Assembly: GCA_028277225.1 (NCBI GenBank)
Contig: JANQHB010000024.1
Coordinates: forward strand, 30,266-54,265
DNA length: 24,000 nucleotides
Direction: 5' to 3'
Origin: Chlorobium sp.
GTDB lineage: Bacteria; Bacteroidota; Chlorobiia; Chlorobiales; Chlorobiaceae
Both the position numbers and the translations under genes were made by a program. How positions within the stretch are numbered: position 1 is the first letter of the stretch; each line of letters begins with the position of its first letter. A model generated the notes under the pieces. It was not told the origin of the DNA. It worked only from the letters and a program-made list of their open reading frames with translations, and searched no databases. Below are positions 1 through 7,813 of this stretch, piece after piece.

Positions 1-61
1 TTCGGGAACAGTGGAGCGATCTTACAGGTTGTTCCTAAATAACTTTTGAGTATATTCAGCT

Positions 62-145
62 ATGCATGGAACAACGCTACATCGTCTTCTAACAGGATTG
101 CTTCTTCTTTTGGCTGAAGAGGCTTGTGGGGAAGGTGCGTTTTAA
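62..145 (+). promoter_or_regulatory. Candidate leucine leader peptide ORF (27 codons) of a leuA attenuator
   Basis: ATG at 62-64 and TAA at 143-145. Translation is MHGTTLHRLLTGLLLLLAEEACGEGAF. Eight of 27 codons are Leu, with five consecutive Leu codons at 98-112 (TTG CTT CTT CTT TTG). It lies just upstream of an intrinsic terminator and of leuA. No clear Shine-Dalgarno sequence. Confidence 0.6.
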
Positions 146-176
146 GATATTCCATCAACGAATATTTTTGGCATTG

Positions 177-211
177 AAAGCCACCAGCCTCACAAGGGTT
201 GGTGGCTTTTT
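177..211 (+). terminator. Intrinsic terminator hairpin between leader ORF and leuA (attenuator terminator)
   Basis: AGCCACCAGCC (179-189) pairs with GGTTGGTGGCT (197-207): 11 bp with one G-U. The loop is TCACAAG. The stem is flanked by AA upstream and a T-run at 207-211. It ends about 30 nt before the leuA ATG at 241. Confidence 0.75.
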
Positions 212-240
212 CAGTTATACGACAGATAAAGAACAGAACA

Positions 241-1914
241 ATGGCGGTCATGAACTTTGCAAAATATGCTGCGTATCCGGGAGTGGATATTCCGGACAGA
301 ACCTGGCCTGATAGCAGAATTACAAAAGCACCTCTCTGGTGCAGCGTCGATTTAAGGGACGGTAACCAGGCGCTGCCTGTCCCTATGAGTGTCGATGAGA
401 AACTCGATATGTTCCGGTTGCTTGTCGATATCGGCTTTAAAGAGATCGAAGTCGGGTTTCCTTCAGCTGCGGCTGTGGAATTTCAGTTTGTCAGAAGGCT
501 GATCGAAGAGAAACATATCCCTGATGATGTGACCATACAGGTGCTCACGCAGGCAAGGGAACATCTCATTCGCAAGACATTCGATGCTCTTGACGGGGTG
601 AAGAAGGCCATTGTTCACCTCTATAATTCAACATCAGCAGTTCAGCGCGATATTGTTTTCAGGATGGGCCGGGAAGACGTTAAGAATATCGCCGTGAGAG
701 GCACACATATGGTAAAAGAGCTCAAGGAGGCTTCCGGCAACAACGGGATCCGGTTTGAGTACAGCCCGGAGAGCTTTACCGGAACGGAACTCGAGTACGC
801 TCTCGACGTGAGTCATGCTGTTATGGATGCCTGGGGGGCGTCGCCTGACAAGCCGGTGATCATCAACCTGCCCTCAACGGTAGAAATGTCGACACCCAAC
901 ATTTTTGCGGACAGGATCGAATGGTTCTGTCGGAATATCCGGGACCGAAAGAGTGCACTGATCAGCGTCCATACCCATAATGACCGGGGAACTGCGGTCG
1001 CTTCTGCCGAACTTGCCGTGATGGCAGGAGCCGATCGTGTTGAAGGAGCGCTTTTCGGAAATGGAGAGCGCTGCGGCAATATGGATATTGTCACCATGGC
1101 AATGAATCTCTGCACGCAGGGCGTCGATCCCGAGCTCGATTTTTCAAACCTGAACACTATCCGCGACGTTTACTGTCGCACTACCAGGATGAGTGTGCAT
1201 CCCCGGCAGCCCTATTCGGGGGAGCTTGTCTATACTGCGTTTTCAGGTTCGCATCAGGATGCGATCAATAAAGGTATGAAGGCACGGTCCGCAGACGGTT
1301 TCTGGAATGTTCCCTATCTGCCGATCGATCCGGAGGACGTCGGCTGCTCTTACAAGGCTATCGTACGGATCAACAGCCAGTCCGGAAAGGGAGGCGTTGC
1401 CTACATCATGGAAAATGAGCACGGGTACGAAATCCCTAAATGGATGCAGCCGTCGTTCGGCGCTATTGTACAGTCAAAAGTCGACCGTGAAGGCAGGGAG
1501 CTTCTGCCCAGGGAGATCCATGATCTGTTTCATGATGAATATATCCGGAATCATGAACCGTATGCTATGCACAAATGTACGATTTCCTGGGAAGACAGTG
1601 ATCCTGAACGGGATAACGAAGTGGCAACGACCATCGAGTGCCAGCTCCGCAAGGGCGAAAGCGATATTGCATTCGAGGCCAGGGGAAACGGCCCTGTCGA
1701 TGCATTTGTTCGTGGAGTACTCGGGCATACCGGGCTTGATTTCGCTGTCGAAGAGTATGCGGAGCACTCCATCGGTCACGGAAACGATGCAAAAGCGATA
1801 GCCTATATAAAAATCAGGAGTACCGGAGGAGAGGATTCCTTCGGTGCAGGCATTGACTCGAATATCAGTCTTGCCTCGATCAAGGCCGTGCTGAGCGCCA
1901 TGAACAGGCTTTAA
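241..1914 (+). CDS. leuA: 2-isopropylmalate synthase, long (actinobacterial/yeast-like) form
   Basis: The ORF 199..1914 carries WCSVDLRDGNQA, the HMGL-like TIM barrel motifs (HTHNDRGTAVA, GNGERCGN) and a C-terminal LeuA dimerisation/regulatory domain. I prefer the ATG at 241 (MAVMNF...) because the 199 TTG start would overlap the upstream terminator hairpin. Confidence 0.95.
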   Translation: MAVMNFAKYAAYPGVDIPDRTWPDSRITKAPLWCSVDLRDGNQALPVPMSVDEKLDMFRLLVDIGFKEIEVGFPSAAAVEFQFVRRLIEEKHIPDDVTIQVLTQAREHLIRKTFDALDGVKKAIVHLYNSTSAVQRDIVFRMGREDVKNIAVRGTHMVKELKEASGNNGIRFEYSPESFTGTELEYALDVSHAVMDAWGASPDKPVIINLPSTVEMSTPNIFADRIEWFCRNIRDRKSALISVHTHNDRGTAVASAELAVMAGADRVEGALFGNGERCGNMDIVTMAMNLCTQGVDPELDFSNLNTIRDVYCRTTRMSVHPRQPYSGELVYTAFSGSHQDAINKGMKARSADGFWNVPYLPIDPEDVGCSYKAIVRINSQSGKGGVAYIMENEHGYEIPKWMQPSFGAIVQSKVDREGRELLPREIHDLFHDEYIRNHEPYAMHKCTISWEDSDPERDNEVATTIECQLRKGESDIAFEARGNGPVDAFVRGVLGHTGLDFAVEEYAEHSIGHGNDAKAIAYIKIRSTGGEDSFGAGIDSNISLASIKAVLSAMNRL

Positions 1915-1940
1915 CAAACCATAAAAAAAAGAGGCGAATT

Positions 1941-2897
1941 ATGATGAGAAAAATGTATGTGGCTGCGTTATGCCTTTGTGGCTTGATCCTTGGTGATTCT
2001 GCTCATGTCTTTGCTGCCGGAGCAAACGATGCCGGTGACGGAAAGGAGAAAATCAAGGTTGTGACATCGATAATGCCCCTTTCATTTTTTGTCAAAAAGG
2101 TGGGCGGTGAACATGTCGATGTCAAGGTCATGGTTCCTCCGGGCGCGAATCCGCATACCTATGATCCCGGACCGGCTGAAATGAAAACTCTTGGTGATGC
2201 CCAGGTCTTTGTCGAGGCGGGTTCCGGTATTGAATTCGAACTTGACTGGATGAAGAAGTTCCGTGACCTCAATTCAGAAATGGTCATCTGCAATGCGTCC
2301 AAAGGTTTTGTGCCGCTTCCCATGACGTCTCATGACTCTGGTCATGACCATGGCCATTCCCACGGTGATTCTCAAAGTGACTCTCACGGTGATGCTCATG
2401 GCCATGGGGGGCATGCCGATCCGCATTTCTGGCTTTCTCCGAAATACGGAGCGCTTGCCGCAGCAAACGTTGAAAAAGTCCTGGCATCGGTCGATCCTTC
2501 CAATGCGGCTGAATACGGTAAAAACCGAAAAGCGCTGGTGAGCGCGCTCGAAACCTTGTCTGCAGAGATATCAAGGACACTTGCCGGTATGAAACAGAGG
2601 GCGTTCATGGTGTTTCATCCGGCATGGGGGTATTTTGCCGACGAGTTTAACCTTCGCCAGATTGCAATCGAAAAAGACGGAAAGGATATAACGCCAAAAA
2701 CAATGCGTGAGGTTATCCGGGATGCCAATACGCTTGGTATTCGTGTTGTTTTTGTGTCGCCGGCGTTCAGTTCACTTCAGGCTGAAACCATCGCCCGTGA
2801 AATCGGGGGGGTTACCGCAGTAGCCGATCCTCTTTCTGCTGATTATATTGAAAACCTCAGAAGTGTCGCCAACGCTTTTGCGGAGAGTATGCGATGA
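1941..2897 (+). CDS. znuA: Zinc ABC transporter substrate-binding protein (ZnuA/TroA family)
   Basis: Signal peptide MMRKMYVAALCLCGLILGDSAHVFA. Overall cluster-9 SBP layout. The His/Asp-rich loop HDSGHDHGHSHGDSQSDSHGDAHGHGGHADPH is typical of Zn-specific ZnuA. Overlapping ATPase and permease genes follow. Confidence 0.85.
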   Translation: MMRKMYVAALCLCGLILGDSAHVFAAGANDAGDGKEKIKVVTSIMPLSFFVKKVGGEHVDVKVMVPPGANPHTYDPGPAEMKTLGDAQVFVEAGSGIEFELDWMKKFRDLNSEMVICNASKGFVPLPMTSHDSGHDHGHSHGDSQSDSHGDAHGHGGHADPHFWLSPKYGALAAANVEKVLASVDPSNAAEYGKNRKALVSALETLSAEISRTLAGMKQRAFMVFHPAWGYFADEFNLRQIAIEKDGKDITPKTMREVIRDANTLGIRVVFVSPAFSSLQAETIAREIGGVTAVADPLSADYIENLRSVANAFAESMR

Positions 2898-3655
2898 GGT
2901 CTCCTGTTGTGACAGTTAAAGAACTGTCGGTTAGTATCGATGGCGCCAAAATACTCGAAGGACTGTCGCTGGATGTCCATGAAAATGAATTTTTCGGTAT
3001 TGTCGGGCCGAACGGCGGCGGTAAAACGACGCTGTTGAGAGTGATTCTGGGTTTGCAGAAGCCGACATCGGGACGTGTCACTGTTTTCGGTAATGAGCCG
3101 CTGCTGTCAAGAAAAGAAATAGGCTATGTTCCCCAGCTGGCCTCTTTTTCCAGGGATTTTCCCATCTCTGTCCGTGACGCTGTTCTTATGGGTCGGCTGT
3201 CGAGAAAAAAGTTGTTCCGGCCTTATGACCGGCAGGATCTGGAACTGGTTGGAAAGGCTCTTGAAACGGTCGGGATGACAGCGTTGAAAGAACGACATGT
3301 CGCTGAACTTTCCGGAGGAGAAATGCAGCGAATGTTGATTGCAAGGGCTCTTGTCAGCCAGCCAAGGCTGCTTTTACTCGATGAGCCGACCGCAAGTATC
3401 GATCCGGCCATGAAAACAACAATCTATGATCTGCTCGATACGCTCAAACATGAAATGACGATCATTATGGTAACGCATGACACCGGGACGATCAGCCGGC
3501 ATGTTTCTCGTGTTGCCTGTTTGAACTGCAGGGTTACGATGACCACCGGGGAGCAGATGACGAGCGAAGCGTTGTCCGATACGTATCACTATCCGGTAAC
3601 TATGGTTAAACACGGGGAGCGTAGCGATCGCCCTCTAAGAGGTGAAGAAGAGTGA
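2894..3655 (+). CDS. znuC: Zinc ABC transporter ATP-binding protein
   Basis: Walker A GPNGGGKTT, ABC signature LSGGEMQR, Walker B LLLLDEP and H-loop VTHD. The start overlaps the znuA stop (ATGA at 2894-2897). Confidence 0.9.
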   Translation: MRSPVVTVKELSVSIDGAKILEGLSLDVHENEFFGIVGPNGGGKTTLLRVILGLQKPTSGRVTVFGNEPLLSRKEIGYVPQLASFSRDFPISVRDAVLMGRLSRKKLFRPYDRQDLELVGKALETVGMTALKERHVAELSGGEMQRMLIARALVSQPRLLLLDEPTASIDPAMKTTIYDLLDTLKHEMTIIMVTHDTGTISRHVSRVACLNCRVTMTTGEQMTSEALSDTYHYPVTMVKHGERSDRPLRGEEE

Positions 3656-4461
3656 TTGAAATCCTTCGATACGAATTCATGCAGCATGCAGTCTGGGCTG
3701 CTTTACTTGCAAGTGTTGCTTGCGGTGTTATCGGTACCTATGTTGTTGTCCGTAAGATAGGCTTTATCAGTGGCGGCATTGCCCATGCTGCATTCGGCGG
3801 GATAGGGATCGGCTATTACCTTGGAATCAATCCTCTTCTTGGTCTCATTCCATTCAGCCTGCTCTCGGCTCTGGGTATAGGTCTTCTCAGTAAAAAGGGA
3901 AAAATGGCTGAAGATACGGCTATCGGAGCTTTCTGGGCCGCGGGGATGGCTGCAGGTGTTGTTTTTATAGGTCTGACACCTGGATATGCGCCCGACCTTT
4001 TCAGTTATCTGTTTGGAAGCATCCTTACGGTCCCCTCATCCGATCTGCTTATGATCGCAGGCCTCGATGTTTTGATCCTTCTTGTCGTTGCACTTTTTTT
4101 CAATGAGTTCCTGGCGTCATCGTTTGACGAGGAGTATGCGGAAGCATCCGGAATAAGGACTACTGTGCTCTATCTTGTTCAACTTTGTCTGATCGCTCTG
4201 ACGGTGGTTGTTCTCGTCAGGGTGGTCGGTATCGTTATGGTTATAGCTCTTCTGACCATCCCCCCGGCGATTGCCCGCCATTTCAGCAGAAACATTCTGA
4301 CTATGATGGTCGGCTCATCACTTCTGTGCCTGCTGTTCATGCTTGCAGGCCTCTGGCTTTCCTATCTTTTCAATGTTGCTTCCGGCGCAATGATCATTTT
4401 GCTGGCGGCATCGGTATTCATGATTATCGCTGCAGGAAGACGACTGATCGGGAAGACATAA
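3652..4461 (+). CDS. znuB: Zinc ABC transporter permease (ABC-3 family)
   Basis: A 269-aa, strongly hydrophobic multi-TM protein with ABC-3/ZnuB-like architecture. The GTG start overlaps the znuC stop (GTGA at 3652-3655). Confidence 0.88.
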   Translation: MIEILRYEFMQHAVWAALLASVACGVIGTYVVVRKIGFISGGIAHAAFGGIGIGYYLGINPLLGLIPFSLLSALGIGLLSKKGKMAEDTAIGAFWAAGMAAGVVFIGLTPGYAPDLFSYLFGSILTVPSSDLLMIAGLDVLILLVVALFFNEFLASSFDEEYAEASGIRTTVLYLVQLCLIALTVVVLVRVVGIVMVIALLTIPPAIARHFSRNILTMMVGSSLLCLLFMLAGLWLSYLFNVASGAMIILLAASVFMIIAAGRRLIGKT

Positions 4462-4551
4462 TGCTGCGACAGGCGGTGACCTGAAAACAGGGCTATGGCA
4501 GGCTTTTCGGATTCTTTTTGATGATTCTTTTGAATTGTGCATATTTTTTAA

Positions 4552-5919
4552 GTGATCAGCGCGCCAAATAAAGCCGTTCCTATGAGAAACCCTGATATTT
4601 CCCCTTCCGAAAAGCTGGAGAATAAAGAGGGTTTTTCCCTGCATACAAGGCATTATTCCATTCCGGATATCGATATCGGATTACAGCCGATCCGTTCTTT
4701 CAAGGACCTGTTTCATCTCAAGGCCTTGACCAGACGCATACGTGGTCCAATCGTAAAAAATATTTTTTCTGCCCGGCTCATCAATCCTCGTTCGATAGAG
4801 GCACTCAAGAACGCGAGACGTTCTCTGGAAGACGTTTATTACAGGGATTATGATACCAGCATGATCCAGATAGACGATCTGCATTCCATCAATGTGGATC
4901 TGTCCTATGAGATCAGGGAGCTGAAAAAAGATACCTACTATCTCGAGCATGGTGAAGACTACTTCATCAACTATCTCAGCAAACTGTATAACAAATTTGA
5001 TCATCACGTTGCAAAAGGACTCGAGTTTCTCGATGATCTCAATTTCAACTGTTTCATAACTGACAGGGACGGTACGACCAATAACTATTGCGGCCACTAC
5101 CGCTCATCGATCCAGCCGGTTTACAATGCCGTTTTTCTGTCACGGTTTGCAAGCCTGTGTACCGAAAACCCGATTTTCATCACGTCGGCTCCCCTGAAAA
5201 ATTTCGGGATTGTCGATGTGTCGGTCAATCCTGACAACGTTTTTATCTATGCCGGTTCAAAAGGCCGGGAATTTCTCGATCTCGATCTTGTTGAAAACAG
5301 GGCGTTTATCGATCCGGTCAAACAGAAGAGGCTCGATGATCTCGTTTTATGTGTCGGAGGACTCGAAAAGCAGGAAGAACTTGAAAAGTTTTTTTATGTG
5401 GGCTCCGGGCTCCAGGTGAAATTCGGACAGTTGACCATCGCAAGGCAGGATGTGTCCAATTCCATACCCGAGGAAGAGTCACTGAAACTGCTCCGGAATG
5501 TCAGCGATATCGTGCGTGACATCGATCCTGAAGGTTCGGTCTTCAGAATTCTCGATACTGGTAAGGACATCGAGATTATTCTCACAGTCGACGGGCAGAA
5601 CGGCTCAAAGGATTTCGACAAGGGGGATGGCCTGAAGTTTATTGACAGCCGCCTTAATCTCCGTCTGGACAGGGGCCCTCATCTTGTCTGCGGCGATACA
5701 GCATCGGATATCCCGATGCTTGAAGCGGTCATGGAATATACCGATGATGTGTATGCCATTTTTGTGACAAGGGACACGGAACTTGCGCAAAAAGTTCTCT
5801 CTATCTGCCCCAAGACGCTTATCGTACCAAGTCCGGATATTCTGCTGACTGTTCTCGGTGTGGCGGCATTGACAATCAAGCGGGAAAAAGGCCGCAGTGC
5901 TTCAGGTGTATTTATATGA
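4552..5919 (+). CDS. HAD-superfamily phosphatase with a roughly 170-aa N-terminal extension (possible sugar-phosphate or trehalose-6-phosphate-type phosphatase)
   Basis: HAD motif I is FITDRDGTTNNY (DRDGT codons at 5062-5076). Motif IV is VCGDTASDIPMLE (GDT codons at 5692-5700). The start is uncertain: GTG at 4552 or ATG at 4582 (MRNPDISPSE...). Confidence 0.6.
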   Translation: MISAPNKAVPMRNPDISPSEKLENKEGFSLHTRHYSIPDIDIGLQPIRSFKDLFHLKALTRRIRGPIVKNIFSARLINPRSIEALKNARRSLEDVYYRDYDTSMIQIDDLHSINVDLSYEIRELKKDTYYLEHGEDYFINYLSKLYNKFDHHVAKGLEFLDDLNFNCFITDRDGTTNNYCGHYRSSIQPVYNAVFLSRFASLCTENPIFITSAPLKNFGIVDVSVNPDNVFIYAGSKGREFLDLDLVENRAFIDPVKQKRLDDLVLCVGGLEKQEELEKFFYVGSGLQVKFGQLTIARQDVSNSIPEEESLKLLRNVSDIVRDIDPEGSVFRILDTGKDIEIILTVDGQNGSKDFDKGDGLKFIDSRLNLRLDRGPHLVCGDTASDIPMLEAVMEYTDDVYAIFVTRDTELAQKVLSICPKTLIVPSPDILLTVLGVAALTIKREKGRSASGVFI

Positions 5920-5926
5920 ACGTCTG

Positions 5927-6928
5927 TCAGGTAAACAGCCACCAGTAAAAAACAAAATAACCCAGGAGGAGAATCGTTCCCGAAAATCGGCCGATCTTGT
6001 TGCGCCTGAGGCTCATGGGGAACAGAATGAGTCCGAAAAGGATCATGATGATGTATTCCGTGTGCGGAAAGCGGGGCAGTCCGGCAGTTCCCGGGGCAAG
6101 CGGTTCGAGGACCGAAAGCGGTTTGGCCAGACCGACGCCTCCCAGCACGAACAGAATGTTGAAGACGTTGCTGCCGATAATGTTGCCGACCGAGATTTCG
6201 CTCTGTTTTCTGAGAGCTGCCACGATCGAGGTCGCCAGTTCGGGCAGAGATGTGCCCAGAGCTACAATTGAGAGGCCTATATAGAGTTTCGGGATGTTGA
6301 ACTGAACGGCAACCCAGACAGAGCTCTTGACAAACGACCAGGCTCCAAGGGAGAGAAGGGCGCTGCCGGCAGCAACCAGGGCGAGATTGAAGTAAAAGGA
6401 GTGCTTTTTCGTATCCTCCTCCACTTCTTCGAACGTGTCCTCGGCCATCTCGGGTGTTTTATAGAGAGCGAAAAGATAACCGAACAGCAGGAGCAGCAGC
6501 AGGCCGCCTTCAGGTCTCGAGATCGAGCCGTCAAGCGAGAACATGTAGAGCAGGATGGATATCCCGAAAAGAAAGAGCAGCTGGTTGCGAATCCGCTGGA
6601 ACGCGATGTGAATAGGAAAAACCAGGGCGCTCAAGCCGAGAATGAGTCCTATGTTGGTAATGTTGCTGCCGATGATGTTGCCCAGAGATATCGTTGAGGA
6701 GCCTTCCACGACGTTGGCGAAAAAGCTGACGACGAATTCAGGCATGGATGTTCCGTATGCCACGATCGTCAGGCCGATGACAAACGGTTTTACTCCATAC
6801 TGCATGGCCAGGTGGCTGCCGCCTTTTACCAGCCACTCTGCACCGAGGTAGAGGAAGTAGGCGCTCAGGAGCAGAGCCAGGATGTTGCCGGGAAGGCCGA
6901 TCAGATCTGTATAGTCCGGAATCGCCAT
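5927..6928 (-). CDS. Ca2+/Na+ antiporter (CaCA family, YrbG-like)
   Basis: A 333-aa polytopic membrane protein with the two alpha-repeat signatures GNIIGSNITNIGLILG and GNIIGSNVFNILFVLG. It is convergent with the HAD gene, with only 7 bp between the stops. Confidence 0.85.
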   Translation of the reverse strand: MAIPDYTDLIGLPGNILALLLSAYFLYLGAEWLVKGGSHLAMQYGVKPFVIGLTIVAYGTSMPEFVVSFFANVVEGSSTISLGNIIGSNITNIGLILGLSALVFPIHIAFQRIRNQLLFLFGISILLYMFSLDGSISRPEGGLLLLLLFGYLFALYKTPEMAEDTFEEVEEDTKKHSFYFNLALVAAGSALLSLGAWSFVKSSVWVAVQFNIPKLYIGLSIVALGTSLPELATSIVAALRKQSEISVGNIIGSNVFNILFVLGGVGLAKPLSVLEPLAPGTAGLPRFPHTEYIIMILFGLILFPMSLRRNKIGRFSGTILLLGYFVFYWWLFT

Positions 6929-7176
6929 TGTTTTCGTATCGGATGCTGCTGCAGCAGAGTTGATAAAACCGGAGTATAGTATAAGTTTAAAAAATCATAA
7001 ATTGAAAGGCGTTGTACTTCAGGTCTCTCCCGTTCGGATTTCCTGTATGGCCGGTCGTAATCCCTGTTTTTCCCTGGCAGACGCTTCGACAGTGTGAGGG
7101 GTACTCAAGTGTTATGAGCGGGTTCCTTTGAAGTGCACGACGACCCTCAAGTTTGTTAACCGCTGGACAGATTGTG

Positions 7177-7401
7177 ATGAAACCGATAGTGTATTTTATA
7201 GGGGCCGGGCTTTGCATACTGCTCTCCATATATATTTTTCTTTTCGGCACCTGGGCCAACCATGAGATCATGGCCGTCTTTGTCGGATTGTGGGCTCCCA
7301 CAATCATTGGAATAGGTATTTTCAATACGCTCCTGGGCATTTTTGATGAGATGTGCTGTGCGCACCGCCGTATCGAGGATCGTCAGACCAAGCAGGATTA
7401 A
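7177..7401 (+). CDS. Small hypothetical membrane protein (74 aa, about 2 TM)
   Basis: ATG at 7177 (MKPIVYFIGAGLCILLSIYIFLFG...). There are two hydrophobic segments and a charged C-terminal tail. The stop at 7399-7401 abuts the crcB ORF. I recognise no family. Confidence 0.4.
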   Translation: MKPIVYFIGAGLCILLSIYIFLFGTWANHEIMAVFVGLWAPTIIGIGIFNTLLGIFDEMCCAHRRIEDRQTKQD

Positions 7402-7425
7402 TTGGTTTCAGCTTCGGGAATCGCT

Positions 7426-7812
7426 ATGCAGGAACGTTACGCGGCATTGCTGCTTGTCGGTGCAGGAGGATTTGTCGGCGCTCTTCTCCGTTACCTCGTC
7501 ACGCTCGCCATTCCGTTTATCGGAACAGGTTTTCCTTTCGCTACTTTTTTTGTGAACCTTGCCGGATGTTTCGTGATCGGGATAGTCAGTGAATTGTCGG
7601 TTACCACATCTCTGCTGTCCCCTGAACTGCGTCTGCTGCTTGCCACCGGATTCTGCGGAGGTTTTACAACATTCTCGTCATATATGTATGAAGTAATGAC
7701 CCTGCTGCGGGACGGGGAACTGCTTTATGTCTCGTTATACCTCATGGGGAGTGTTATCGGCGGGATCGTGTGTTTGTATCTCGGGATGCAGATGGCAAGG
7801 GTGTGGGGGTAG
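7426..7812 (+). CDS. crcB: Fluoride ion channel CrcB/FluC
   Basis: Small 4-TM protein with N-terminal LLLVGAGGFVGALLRY and the FCGGFTTFSS motif typical of CrcB. I prefer the ATG at 7426 (MQERYAALL...) to the TTG at 7402. Confidence 0.9.
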   Translation: MQERYAALLLVGAGGFVGALLRYLVTLAIPFIGTGFPFATFFVNLAGCFVIGIVSELSVTTSLLSPELRLLLATGFCGGFTTFSSYMYEVMTLLRDGELLYVSLYLMGSVIGGIVCLYLGMQMARVWG

Positions 7813-7813
7813 A

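Noticed and set aside
199-240. The TTG-initiated N-terminal extension of leuA in the track
   Set aside because: Codons 199-240 overlap the 3' arm and T-run of the intrinsic terminator at 179-211. The ATG at 241 or 250 gives a normal LeuA N-terminus.
5897-6271. A 124-aa ORF on the + strand, plus 5997..6284 and 6401..6697
   Set aside because: All are antisense to the CaCA antiporter gene, which has both alpha-repeat signatures. I treat them as shadow ORFs.
6946-6957. The perfect 12-bp palindrome CTGCTGCAGCAG, 18 nt upstream of the CaCA antiporter start codon
   Set aside because: It is simply (CTG)2(CAG)2, a low-complexity palindrome likely to arise by chance. There is a single copy and no partner site. 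I note it but cannot support it as an operator.
6990-7190. A possible fluoride (crcB-motif) riboswitch upstream of the small ORF/crcB; 7940-8000 upstream of the DUF190 gene (GGUCGGAUGGCCGGAGACC) was also examined
   Set aside because: Only fragments resemble the consensus: AACCGC and GUGAUGAAACC in one region, and a GGUC...GACC hairpin with a GAUGG loop in the other. In neither case are the remaining conserved elements present at the right spacing. Those elements are AAACCGCC after the hairpin and CUGAUGA plus a pseudoknot complement. A covariance-model scan is needed for a firm answer.
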